A program made the position numbers and the translations under genes. Below, one piece after another: positions 16,989-26,621 of a stretch of 64,000 nucleotides of DNA (positions are counted from its first letter, which is position 1; each line of letters begins with the position of its first letter). This DNA comes from a virus, in IMG/VR virus record IMGVR_UViG_3300046777_002520, positions 127,967 to 191,966 of that record; one strand, written 5' to 3'. Under the pieces are notes generated by a model. It was not told the origin of the DNA, did no database searches, and saw only the letters and a program-made list of their open reading frames with translations.

Positions 16989-19829
16989 TTGGAGCAAGAC
17001 AGCCCAAATAGTTTAGCTGCCCTAGCGGCCATGTTCGGCGGTCCTGGAACTATGTTCACAGGTACGCCTAATACGCCTGCTCCTACGTTTAACGTGGGCG
17101 AGGCTTTCGGCCTGCAAGGCCCGTCAGCGATGCTGGCCAACATGGCCGTGCAGTCGTTTATACCCTCGTTTTTTGGCAACAAGGGAGACGTATTCGGACA
17201 GTTCTCGCCAAAGATAGGTTTTGGTGAGCAGCTGCGTAGGCAGAACGCCTACTCTATGCAGCAAGAGGTTGTGGCCGACGCCTCCAAGCTCGACGAGGCT
17301 ACTTATCAGAAGATGCTTGAAGGTATAGCCAACCTTCACGGAACACCTTTTGGCGAAAGAGAGAAAAAAGCAGCTGCTACTAACGCTAGAGACATGGCTT
17401 CGTTCATGTCTCTGGCAGCTCAGGTCAGGCCAGACTTTGTTGATCAGGTGCACGGGACACGTGGCTCGGTAACCGTTATGGCCAACCGCATGGCCAGCGC
17501 TTCCAGATACATGCAGGACCCTACCACTGGGGCTATAGGCTTAAGCAAAGAAAGCCTGAGCAACCTTGTCAACACGTTCAACGAATCGATGTTCGGGCCA
17601 AATGCCGATCTGTCAAGAATGCGTGGCATCTCGGCTGGTCAGGCTGGGGCCATGTTCGACCAGATGACCAGACGTGGCCTTCTGGGCAGCTCGATGCCTG
17701 ACCTTGAGCAAGTGGCCAAAGAGCAGGGCAAGACCATCGAGGAGCTGTCGAAGCTTCCAGACTTCAGCGCCAAAGTCCAGCAGTTCCAGGCCAACAGAAC
17801 GGCTGACAGGCTTAAAGCCATGACTGGCGCTGTCTCCGCGATGAAGGATATCTTTGGCGAGAACGGGCAAGCCAATGCCCCTATGGAGCAGATATTCAAT
17901 GCCCTGCAGCAGGTGACGCAGAACAAGCTGGGCACAATGAGCGGTGCCGAGATCGAGAAGACTGTCCGAGATATGAGTAACGCTTCCAAGATGGCTGGCC
18001 TAGACATGCAGGGCATGATGCGAGTCAACGCCATGGCTGGTCAGGCCACCGATAGACTGGGTTTAGACAGGTCTTTTGCTCCAAAGATCGCCACAGGAGC
18101 TATGACATACGCTGCGGCTTACGGAAGCCAGACAGGCAACATGCGCGCTTTCGGCATGTTTGACAAGGAGAAGATGCTGCAGGTCGGCGCTAACATGCAG
18201 GCGGCTGCCACGGGCAGTACCGAAGCCAACGAAGCTGCCGCACTTCTGCGTTTAGAGCGCTCAGGTGCGCTCGATCTCGGCAAGTCGCCAGAGCTGGCTG
18301 ACTATCTGAATAAGATCAAATCTGGTGAGCGCGTTGAGCCGATAAGCAGCAGCAAGCTCAGAAGCATGGTCAGTCAGGCTGGCGTCACAGACGCCCAGTT
18401 CACGGCGTTTGCTGCTCAGAGGGAGCAGAACCAGGCCCTAATCTCTGAACGAGACCTGGGACGTGTTGTGGGACAGCAGGCGTTTACTAAACAAGCCAGG
18501 GCCATGGTCGGACGAGGTTTGATGTCGGGGCTTACCCAGACAGGTCTCAAGACAGACCCAGACGCAGGCAAGGCGTTCATATCCAGCGTTGTTGAAGATA
18601 TCTCCAACTTTACTTCGGAGCAGCGAGAGGAGTTCGCTAAAGGAAACTTCAAACCTTTCCTGGACAAAGTCAGAGCCAACTACAAGGCATCCACTGGCAA
18701 AGAGATGTCGGAAAAAGAAGCCTCTATGTTCTTGGAGTACGGCACAGGTCAAATAACAAGGGCGGCCGCTCGTCGTGGTTATGGTAGGGATGTGAATCTC
18801 ATCAACATGATCAGCAAGAATGTGTTGCAGGACCAGGACCTGCGCGAGCAACAGGTGCAGGCAACTTCAGAATTCGATAAGGCTTTGTCTAAATTCGGTC
18901 GCGGTACGCCCACGCAACGTTTTGCAGACGCGCTGATGCGCGGAAAGCCAAACCAGACAGTCGGGGAGTTTGTCCGAGACGTGTTTGGAGCCGTGCCTCA
19001 GGACCAGCTCAGAGCGGCGTTGGCTCAGGGTCTGGAAAAAGACGTTCAAGACTTTCAAGCCATCAACAACAGAGACACCATAAAAGACACAGGCACGCTT
19101 CTAACCACGGCAAGTGCTGGCAAGCTTAACAATCTGACAAAAGAGCAACAGGCCGAGCTGGACGTAATAAAGAAGACATACGGTCTAAGCGATGACGATC
19201 TTAAAAACATGAAAGGCTTGGATCAGAGAGGCATAATAAGGAAGCTTAACTACAAAGGAAATCTGTCAAAAGCTGCTGTTCTGGACAAAATAGACAAAAC
19301 TTTTGTGGACACAGGTATTTCCAAGCTAGAGCCTCCTCCAGTGCCACAGCAGGGCGCGCAGCCTGCAGCTCAACCAGGAACACCTCCTGGAACGCCACCT
19401 GGAACATCTCCTGGAACGCCACCTGGAACACCGCCAGTGCCTGCTCAGACGGGGCCTGGGTTTTTCTCCAACATTGTCAACGACGCCGTGTCGGCTTTAA
19501 GTTCTGTAATACCTGGGCAGGCAGGAAAGCCTACCAACGCAGCAGCTGGCTCTAGTGCGACAGATAAGGATAAACCCTCCACTTTTGGAGATTTGTTTAA
19601 GTCTTTCGATCTGAGCAAGATATCTACGGAGACTATAAAGCAGTATGCCTCTGGAGGCGGGCTTCTCGGCATGTTCTCCAAAGCAGAAAAGCAAAAACAG
19701 GAAGAGGCAGAGAAATCTGCAGCCAAGGTTCAAACTGTGCGACTTGAAGGCGGTACAGAGCTCACAGGTCGTCTGAACATCGTGTCTGAAGAAATCATGA
19801 TGAAGATACCACAGACACAAAAGATTTGA
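16989..19829 (+). CDS. tape measure protein
   Basis: 946 aa, Ala/Gln/Met/Gly-rich and helical, between chaperone-like and baseplate genes. Confidence 0.7.
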   Translation: MEQDSPNSLAALAAMFGGPGTMFTGTPNTPAPTFNVGEAFGLQGPSAMLANMAVQSFIPSFFGNKGDVFGQFSPKIGFGEQLRRQNAYSMQQEVVADASKLDEATYQKMLEGIANLHGTPFGEREKKAAATNARDMASFMSLAAQVRPDFVDQVHGTRGSVTVMANRMASASRYMQDPTTGAIGLSKESLSNLVNTFNESMFGPNADLSRMRGISAGQAGAMFDQMTRRGLLGSSMPDLEQVAKEQGKTIEELSKLPDFSAKVQQFQANRTADRLKAMTGAVSAMKDIFGENGQANAPMEQIFNALQQVTQNKLGTMSGAEIEKTVRDMSNASKMAGLDMQGMMRVNAMAGQATDRLGLDRSFAPKIATGAMTYAAAYGSQTGNMRAFGMFDKEKMLQVGANMQAAATGSTEANEAAALLRLERSGALDLGKSPELADYLNKIKSGERVEPISSSKLRSMVSQAGVTDAQFTAFAAQREQNQALISERDLGRVVGQQAFTKQARAMVGRGLMSGLTQTGLKTDPDAGKAFISSVVEDISNFTSEQREEFAKGNFKPFLDKVRANYKASTGKEMSEKEASMFLEYGTGQITRAAARRGYGRDVNLINMISKNVLQDQDLREQQVQATSEFDKALSKFGRGTPTQRFADALMRGKPNQTVGEFVRDVFGAVPQDQLRAALAQGLEKDVQDFQAINNRDTIKDTGTLLTTASAGKLNNLTKEQQAELDVIKKTYGLSDDDLKNMKGLDQRGIIRKLNYKGNLSKAAVLDKIDKTFVDTGISKLEPPPVPQQGAQPAAQPGTPPGTPPGTSPGTPPGTPPVPAQTGPGFFSNIVNDAVSALSSVIPGQAGKPTNAAAGSSATDKDKPSTFGDLFKSFDLSKISTETIKQYASGGGLLGMFSKAEKQKQEEAEKSAAKVQTVRLEGGTELTGRLNIVSEEIMMKIPQTQKI
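19374..19436 (+). repeat. 12-bp tandem repeat encoding (PGTP/PGTS)x5
   Basis: CCAGGAACACCT CCTGGAACGCCA CCTGGAACATCT CCTGGAACGCCA CCTGGAACACCG CCA. Confidence 0.9.
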
Positions 19830-19839
19830 GGTTTAAACC

Positions 19840-20334
19840 ATGGCTCTAAACATGCAGTTTGACCCTTCAGTCTTTTTAAGCTCAGAAGGTTGCGTTGCTG
19901 TTCTGTCTGGCAACGCTCAGAACGCTGGATTCAGTATCAGCGTGTCGTCCTTGAGCGCGGATTCTGCTTATGACAATTTAAAGTCCATTGTCACATCGGT
20001 AACGATGAACGAGTCGGCTAACGTGCAATTCACGCCGACTTTAGACAAATCTATATTCATGTATGTGTTTGGAGACCAGATCTCTACTCTAGACGTTTCT
20101 GGGGTTTGCTTCCTAGCGCCCCAGAAGAACGGCGTGTCTGGCGTAGCGGCTATGAAAGACTTCTACAAAGGCAACAAGGTCTCCACGTCTGGCAGTCCTG
20201 TCGGCGTGACCATCAGCTCAGGTGGAGGTCCAGGATTGTCGTTCAACGCGTTCCTCACGGGTGGAACGTTCTCGGCAAACGATCCGCAAAACATGCTTGG
20301 AAGCTTTTCCCTGAAGCTGAGCTACCTCCCATGA
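19840..20334 (+). CDS. tube-like baseplate/tail-initiator protein
   Basis: 164 aa after the TMP. Beta-rich, with FMYVFGDQISTLDVSG resembling tube-fold initiators. Confidence 0.5.
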   Translation: MALNMQFDPSVFLSSEGCVAVLSGNAQNAGFSISVSSLSADSAYDNLKSIVTSVTMNESANVQFTPTLDKSIFMYVFGDQISTLDVSGVCFLAPQKNGVSGVAAMKDFYKGNKVSTSGSPVGVTISSGGGPGLSFNAFLTGGTFSANDPQNMLGSFSLKLSYLP

Positions 20335-21203
20335 TAAACCACATAAGAACCCTGCTTCTTGACGAAGAAGGCTCCAACAAGCCTGGCAACAGCTACCCCC
20401 TAGAGGAGTTTGTGCCCACAGCCTTCAAGCCTGCCAGAATGCCGTTCGAGCTCAGAAAGGTGTGGAACACTCTGTTTGGCAACAAGCCTGACAGGGCTTA
20501 CAAGAACTGGAGACTTTCCCAGCTGAGCGAGCTGGCCCAAGCTTCAGACCTGCTGGAGCATTGGCAGACCTTCGATAAAAGAATCACCCACTTTGACAAG
20601 CCTTCTGGCGACTACTCGAAAGAGTACGGGAAAGTCTTAGCGTCAAGAGTCCAGAACGGCGCTGTTGTAAGCATTGTCATGGCTTATGCCAATGGCGTCA
20701 TCTCGGTCCTGCCCAGCGAGCAGTCTGTCAACCAGACAAACAACCAAGAAGACTTGGGACTGCTGTTCACGGGCAAGATACTTGCTGACGAAGTTCTTGG
20801 CAGGTCTTACTCGGTGTGGCAGCTGGATTTGAATGCTGACAACTACCTGGACATCAAAAACCTGACTGACTCGATGATTCAGGAGTCACAGCAGCTCTCC
20901 TTCACACAAGGGCTGTCCCAGGCTGTGACGCTGAAAGGCACTGGCTTGGACCTGAAGTTCAAGAACGCAGGCCCAGCCAGCTGGACATTCGACATCATCG
21001 CCAGACCCAGCAAAGACATAGGCGTGGTGCTGGCCAATCTGGACAACCTGCCAAGGTACGAGCTTGAGACTTTTTTTGCAGGCAAGCACAAGGACCTGGC
21101 CAAGTTCAAAGACTACTGGTTCAAAAACGACGAGCTGTGCGAGCGCATGACGGCCATCTCGCTCGCTCTGGCTTACAAGCTAGAAGAAAGGCGTGAAGGA
21201 TAA
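20331..21203 (+). CDS. baseplate-module hypothetical protein
   Basis: ATGA overlap at 20331-20334 gives a better start than the tracked TTG 20106; 290 aa. Confidence 0.55.
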   Translation: MINHIRTLLLDEEGSNKPGNSYPLEEFVPTAFKPARMPFELRKVWNTLFGNKPDRAYKNWRLSQLSELAQASDLLEHWQTFDKRITHFDKPSGDYSKEYGKVLASRVQNGAVVSIVMAYANGVISVLPSEQSVNQTNNQEDLGLLFTGKILADEVLGRSYSVWQLDLNADNYLDIKNLTDSMIQESQQLSFTQGLSQAVTLKGTGLDLKFKNAGPASWTFDIIARPSKDIGVVLANLDNLPRYELETFFAGKHKDLAKFKDYWFKNDELCERMTAISLALAYKLEERREG

Positions 21204-22813
21204 TGGCGTCAGACAACAGCATCCAGTTATACGACATTGAAGCTTACCTGGCGCTGAGTCTTCCAGGTGCTTCAAGCAGTACCAATCTGCCCCTGACGAG
21301 GTTCTCTGCCCAGTTTCCGATCAACAGCATTCCCCAAGCTAGCTGCTCGGTTGCTTTGGGTATCAATCTGGCTGATTCCAATCCGTCTGGGATACACAAC
21401 ATTCTGAGAGGGCAGCTGCAGTATCGCATACCAGCCAAGGTATATGCGAAAGTCAAACTGGCTTACGAAGAGAACAACGCTAACTTAAAGATAACTAAAG
21501 ATAAAATCTTTGATGGCAGACTTTTTGTTTTGTTTGATGGCTACATGTCTGGCTCAGGTTACAGACGCTCAGGCAGCACTATCGAGTACACGGTCTCTCT
21601 GGAGCACTGGTTGTCTGACCTGGCTGTAGCTTCTGGCATGAGCCAGGACATTCAGCCAGGAACGGCTGATGACTTTGTCTTTCCAGCCACTTACTACGAT
21701 CCTGTGCTTGTTGACGCTGGAGTTATCCTGCCAACTGACGCGGCTGAGGAGGCCTTGGCTGCGATCATCTCAGACGATGTTTGGTTTGGCATAAAAGCTT
21801 TCTTCACAGAACTGTGCTTGAAGGCTAAGCCTGTAGGTGTTGATGACATCTATCAGAGTGGAGGGTTCAGGGACAACAAGCCTGCTGCCGATGCCCTTGG
21901 AAAGTTTCTTGAGCAGAAACCTTACCAAAGCATGACGCTAAAAGGAGTAACTCCTGGCATAGCTAACTCTATACAAGACACAATCAGAGCAAAAGCTGAG
22001 AGCACGTATGTAGGAAACTCCATATGGGACAATCTGATTATCTTCTCCTCAGCCCTTTTGTTTAATGTCGTGCCTTTGATTGAAAAAGCTGTGATAGGTC
22101 AGAAGAACCCCAACCTCAGAGGCACCTACAAGACCATAGACGCTGGAGAAGTGTTCAGCTTCGACCTGTCTACGAATATGCCTAAGTTTATATCTGGCAT
22201 TGTGCTCAAGAACCATCAAGCTGCTGGGTTTACCTTCTACACGGCTCAGTCAGCCGAACCAGGACTGTCCAAAAGGAATCTGGTTGTCGGTTCTTACTTC
22301 GCAGAGAACCAAGTTGGCACTGTGGCCTTCCAGATGAGCCCTGAGTGGCTTATAGAGCCAGCCACTCCAGACGACGAACCTGTGGTACCTCCCCCCATGG
22401 CTGCGAAACAGCCAAACGGAGCAGCCCAAGCCAACGGACAGCAGGCAGCAAGGGACATGCGCAGCTTCGCTGACAAGTTTGCCCAGGCCATGTACGGCAA
22501 CGAGGTGCTCAAGTATCGAAACGGACAGCTCGCTGGCAGACTAAGGCTGGACATCTCTCCTGGATCGATAATCAAGATCGAGGCCTCGACAAATGCCACA
22601 GTCAAGAATGACAACCTGAACAACACGATTGTCGCTCACGTCGATAGCGTCGGCATATACCTGGACGCTGCTGCTGGACAAGCTTCAACGTCTTTCGGCC
22701 TGTCGAGTATCAGGTATGAGCAAGAGAACGCTTCTGGTAACTTAACTATTGACAGCAATCCTATGTACGTAGGCAGCTTCAACGGTGCTCCTTTACACTT
22801 AGGTAACCTGTGA
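21203..22813 (+). CDS. putative baseplate hub (gp27/late control D-like)
   Basis: 536 aa. C-terminal LAGRLRLDISPGSIIKI...VDSV...TSFGLSSIR pattern is typical of hub proteins; position is consistent. Confidence 0.55.
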   Translation: MASDNSIQLYDIEAYLALSLPGASSSTNLPLTRFSAQFPINSIPQASCSVALGINLADSNPSGIHNILRGQLQYRIPAKVYAKVKLAYEENNANLKITKDKIFDGRLFVLFDGYMSGSGYRRSGSTIEYTVSLEHWLSDLAVASGMSQDIQPGTADDFVFPATYYDPVLVDAGVILPTDAAEEALAAIISDDVWFGIKAFFTELCLKAKPVGVDDIYQSGGFRDNKPAADALGKFLEQKPYQSMTLKGVTPGIANSIQDTIRAKAESTYVGNSIWDNLIIFSSALLFNVVPLIEKAVIGQKNPNLRGTYKTIDAGEVFSFDLSTNMPKFISGIVLKNHQAAGFTFYTAQSAEPGLSKRNLVVGSYFAENQVGTVAFQMSPEWLIEPATPDDEPVVPPPMAAKQPNGAAQANGQQAARDMRSFADKFAQAMYGNEVLKYRNGQLAGRLRLDISPGSIIKIEASTNATVKNDNLNNTIVAHVDSVGIYLDAAAGQASTSFGLSSIRYEQENASGNLTIDSNPMYVGSFNGAPLHLGNL

Positions 22814-23643
22814 TGCCTGGACCATACGATCTTCCTGGTATTCCCAAGCCTACACAGCCCACAGGAGGCCCCAAGCCTCCGTCTGCGTTTACAGCGCAGC
22901 CTCAGATCGCTTTGGAGCCAGAGTACCAGAACGCTTACGAGACTTGGAAGTCAAACCAAGGCCCAGAAGGCAATGACATGCTGCTAAAGTCATTGCAGCC
23001 AGTTATAGACAATGCTGTCAAAGCATACGCAGGCAACGCCAGCCCCATAGTCAGAAGCAAAGCCAAGAAGATAGTCATAGACTCTCTGCCCAACTATGAC
23101 CCACAAGGCTCCAAGCTGAAGACCTACCTGTTCAACCAGCTTCAAGGCCTCAAACGCTTCTCGATGCAGCAGGGGCAGATCATCAGCGTGCCAGAGCAGG
23201 TCCAGCTCGATTACTCGAACCTCAAAAAGAAAGAGAACGAGCTTAAGGAAGAACTGGGCAGAGATCCGTCCACGGAAGAGCTGGCTGACGCGACCAACCT
23301 GTCCACCAAGAGGATCAATTACGTCAGAGGCCTCAAGACGCCGATGAGCGAAGGCTTCACGTCGCGTCCAGCTCCCAACTCTGAAGGGACTGATTACGGC
23401 GACCCATCTGTCGTGGGCGCGTCTGGCAAGCAGGACGCTGCTGCCTGGCACGACTTCGTTTACAGCAGCCTGGGCGCTACTGACAAGCTGATCATGGAGC
23501 ACACTCTGGGCCTTTATGGTAAAGGCGTGCTGTCCAACGAGCAGATAGCCAGAAAGCTGGGAGTCAGCCCTGCTGCGATAAGCATCAGAAAAAACAAAAT
23601 ACAGCAAGAGCTAGATAAACGCTATCAGCTTAACATCCTCTAA
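22813..23643 (+). CDS. sigma70-family RNA polymerase sigma factor (FliA/SigF-like regions 2-4)
   Basis: NYDPQGSKLKTYLFNQL (region 2), ELKEELGRDPSTEELADATNLS (region 3), LSNEQIARKLGVSPAAISIRKNKI (region 4 HTH). Confidence 0.85.
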   Translation: MPGPYDLPGIPKPTQPTGGPKPPSAFTAQPQIALEPEYQNAYETWKSNQGPEGNDMLLKSLQPVIDNAVKAYAGNASPIVRSKAKKIVIDSLPNYDPQGSKLKTYLFNQLQGLKRFSMQQGQIISVPEQVQLDYSNLKKKENELKEELGRDPSTEELADATNLSTKRINYVRGLKTPMSEGFTSRPAPNSEGTDYGDPSVVGASGKQDAAAWHDFVYSSLGATDKLIMEHTLGLYGKGVLSNEQIARKLGVSPAAISIRKNKIQQELDKRYQLNIL

Positions 23644-23660
23644 CAGGATTGGAGACAGCC

Positions 23661-24092
23661 ATGGCTGAAGGCAAGTCAAAATCAATATACGACAGCACAC
23701 TCGACGCTCAGGTGCAGAAACTGATCGCAGACAATAAGGCGATCTCAGAAGCTGGGCTGTCCACAGGTACTGGCAGAGTCTGGATTCACGGCTCCAACGA
23801 TTACGAGCTTACTGACATCAGTGGGCTGAAGAATCCGTTCAAGCGAGAAGACCTGCAGGCCAACTACGCCATAGTCATGCTGGACCCTGATCCAGGCACG
23901 GCTGCCGACAAAGTGGCCATCAAGTTCCAGAGCGACTACCTGGCTGCGATGGAACGGGCTTACAGGCTTAGGCACACAGGACTGGTGAGGACAGAGGTGT
24001 TCTCAGCCATGCGACGCAAACTGCAGGCTGACACGAACCTTCTGGAGTTTACCAAGGCCAACTTTGAACGTATGCGCCTGAGGGGCGAGTAA
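23661..24092 (+). CDS. hypothetical protein in the baseplate module
   Basis: ATG 23661 after GGAG; stop overlaps the next start. Confidence 0.6.
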   Translation: MAEGKSKSIYDSTLDAQVQKLIADNKAISEAGLSTGTGRVWIHGSNDYELTDISGLKNPFKREDLQANYAIVMLDPDPGTAADKVAIKFQSDYLAAMERAYRLRHTGLVRTEVFSAMRRKLQADTNLLEFTKANFERMRLRGE

Positions 24093-24568
24093 TGAGCACA
24101 GTAGCTGATTACCAAGACAGGAAGATCGACATACTCGCCTTCCAGCTGAACGACAACCTAACACAGCTGTCCCAGACCCTAGCGAAGGACAACTCAGGGG
24201 GGAACATATGTACAGGTATCCAGAAGCTTGCCCAGCGCTGGGTTCTAGAGTTCCTTACGCCTGCTGGTTCCGTGCCCTACAAGCCTAGCCTTGGCACACC
24301 ATTCACCGACCAGGTGCGACGAGGCTTGCTCAAGAACAACTTTGACATCGTCTCCTACTTCTCTGCGTCAGCACTCATCGTTGAGATCAACCTGAAGAAA
24401 GAGGATCAAAGCACAGATCCAGCTGACGAGAGGCTAGATAGAGCGACTTTGGACGGGTTTTCTTTTGATAACAGCGGTAAACTAATACTTAACGTCACTG
24501 TGCTGAGTGCGGCTGGTACATCAAGAAAAGTGATAATGCCGATCAGCGTAACAACGGGGTTGATCTAA
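24092..24568 (+). CDS. baseplate wedge protein (gp25/GPW-like)
   Basis: GIQKLAQRWVLEFLTPAGSVPYKPSLGT matches the gp25 family pattern; precedes a baseplate J-like gene. Confidence 0.7.
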   Translation: MSTVADYQDRKIDILAFQLNDNLTQLSQTLAKDNSGGNICTGIQKLAQRWVLEFLTPAGSVPYKPSLGTPFTDQVRRGLLKNNFDIVSYFSASALIVEINLKKEDQSTDPADERLDRATLDGFSFDNSGKLILNVTVLSAAGTSRKVIMPISVTTGLI

Positions 24569-24569
24569 C

Positions 24570-26222
24570 ATGGCCATCACTCTTCCCGACTTCCTTACCC
24601 TTGACTCTGCCGCTGTCGAGCAGGCCCATCTGTACATAGCGCAGAAGATAGGCGAATACGCTCCCAGCATCGAAACAAAGCGTGGCGTGCTGCATGACAT
24701 ACTTTTCCATCTGGAAGCCATACTGCAGACCGGACAGGACGTGTATGCCGACAACCTGAGGAAGTCAGGATCGCTGCTGGCCATCTCTGAGGACCCCGCT
24801 CTGGCCACCGACCGCAACCTGGACGAGCTGGCCTCCAACTTCAGGGCTGCCAGGTTTCCAGGAACCAAGGCCGCAGGCACGGCAGTGATTGTCCTCTCCC
24901 AGGCAGTCACCACATCGATCAGCACGGGCTTCACCTTCAACGCAGCTGGCAAGAACTTCACCCCGCGAGGCGACTTTGTCGGCAGAGTGGCCAGCAACCA
25001 GGTTGTCACCGAGTTCGACCGCATCATCAAGCCTGTTGGCGACGGCACCTACTACTTCACAATCGAACTGGAAGCGGACGATGTGGGCGCTGACGGCAAT
25101 ATCAAGAGAAACACGAAGCTGGCCCCCGCTGCTACCATTCCGTATTTCGTGACGGCATACGCCGAGAGCAGCTTCACCTCCGGTTCAGACTACGACAGCA
25201 ACGCCAGTTTCCTGAAGCGACTGCAGGAGGGCATCGCTGGTAAAAACCCATCGAACCGTGTCACCCTGAGCGCCATGCTGAAAAACCAGGAGCTGTTCAA
25301 GGCGTTCCTGGATGTCTCGACCATTGGTTTTGGTGACGCTGAGCAGATCCGCTACCACAGTCTCTTCCCTGTAGCCGCTGGCAACAGGCTGGACGTGTAC
25401 GTGCGCCCACAGGGTATTCCAGACAGCAAGAGGCTTGTCAAAGAAGCCGTGCTGGTCGGCAGGCAGGACGGTGGAGGCCTGTGGCAGGCCTCAATAACCA
25501 GGGATGACGCGCCTGGTTTCTACGACATCGAGAAAGTCATCAAGGCCAGCGTAGCCGACCCGGAGTCCCAGACTGGTCACCTCGTTGTCCAGGACAATCG
25601 TGGCTACGACCTTTCAGACGACGGAACAAACTTCCTTCCAGACATCACCACCTACGAGGAAGCAGCCTACTCGAAGTACCAGACAGCCGTCGTGCGCTTC
25701 GTGGACCTGAGCACCAGCCCTGACCTGCCAGAAGGCACCACGGAAGACTACGCCCTGTACGTGCGCGCCATGCCGCTCATCAAGTCGGCGCAGGGATTCC
25801 TGGGAGGCAGGGACGTGCGCCCCACGGCGGGAGACGTGCTGGTCAAAGCCGCAATACCTTGTGATCTAAAATTATCTTTTGTTATATACAAGAAGGTCAG
25901 CGAGGCAGACATCTCCGTAGCAGCCATTCAGCAGGCTGTGGCCACAAGGGTCAACAGCCTAGGGTTCTCCAGCAGCCTGTCCGCGTCGTTTCTGCACTCG
26001 GTCATTCACAGCTTCCTGAGGGAAGGTCAGACAGTCAGCGCGATAGAGTTGTTTGGAGCCATCCGCAGACCTAATGGCACCAAGAAGTACATCAGGGCGT
26101 TTGACTCACTGGAGATACCTAGTGAGCCATCCAAGATGGTGTCTTCCAGGACTACAGCTTTCATTCTCGACCCGGAGAATGTGGCTATATCAGTTCAGAA
26201 CGTAGACTACACAGTCATCTGA
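24570..26222 (+). CDS. baseplate J/gp6-like protein
   Basis: LDELASNFRAARFPGTKAAGTAVI...ELEADDVGADGNI...GSDYDSNASFLKRL matches the baseplate J pattern. Confidence 0.8.
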   Translation: MAITLPDFLTLDSAAVEQAHLYIAQKIGEYAPSIETKRGVLHDILFHLEAILQTGQDVYADNLRKSGSLLAISEDPALATDRNLDELASNFRAARFPGTKAAGTAVIVLSQAVTTSISTGFTFNAAGKNFTPRGDFVGRVASNQVVTEFDRIIKPVGDGTYYFTIELEADDVGADGNIKRNTKLAPAATIPYFVTAYAESSFTSGSDYDSNASFLKRLQEGIAGKNPSNRVTLSAMLKNQELFKAFLDVSTIGFGDAEQIRYHSLFPVAAGNRLDVYVRPQGIPDSKRLVKEAVLVGRQDGGGLWQASITRDDAPGFYDIEKVIKASVADPESQTGHLVVQDNRGYDLSDDGTNFLPDITTYEEAAYSKYQTAVVRFVDLSTSPDLPEGTTEDYALYVRAMPLIKSAQGFLGGRDVRPTAGDVLVKAAIPCDLKLSFVIYKKVSEADISVAAIQQAVATRVNSLGFSSSLSASFLHSVIHSFLREGQTVSAIELFGAIRRPNGTKKYIRAFDSLEIPSEPSKMVSSRTTAFILDPENVAISVQNVDYTVI

Positions 26223-26252
26223 CAAATAGCTGTCGAAACACAGTAAGCTCTA

Positions 26253-26261
26253 TGTTACAAT
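26253..26261 (+). promoter_or_regulatory. possible extended -10 promoter (TGnTACAAT)
   Basis: TGTTACAAT in the intergenic gap upstream of the 26296/26622 pair. Confidence 0.35.
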
Positions 26262-26295
26262 GACTCTGCAACTGTCGTTGCAGAAGGAGGTTCGC

Positions 26296-26610
26296 ATGTC
26301 TGCCGAATTTGAAGCCAAGATTAGCATTCCTACCGATTTGATTCAGGAGTTCGTCGAACTGCTGACGAACAAGGAGTCTTTCGATAAGTGGAAGGCTGTT
26401 CAATTGGCACTGAAAGTCGCTCAATGGTTGGTTGACAGTTTTGGCGGTCTTTCCGCTACAGCTGAAGGCAAGCCTGAAGAGCTGACCGAAGAGCAGCTGG
26501 CTGAAGCCTTGAAGCCTTACGCGTCCGAAGGCGCTGTAACCGCTTCCGCGCTTCCTGTCTGGCTTCTCCCCATCATCATCAAGCTGGTCATCAAGTGGCT
26601 GGCTAAGTAA
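26296..26610 (+). CDS. small protein with C-terminal hydrophobic/amphipathic helix
   Basis: RBS AAGGAGGT then ATG 26296; ends LPVWLLPIIIKLVIKWLAK. Confidence 0.7.
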   Translation: MSAEFEAKISIPTDLIQEFVELLTNKESFDKWKAVQLALKVAQWLVDSFGGLSATAEGKPEELTEEQLAEALKPYASEGAVTASALPVWLLPIIIKLVIKWLAK

Positions 26611-26621
26611 GAGGTCGCGAC

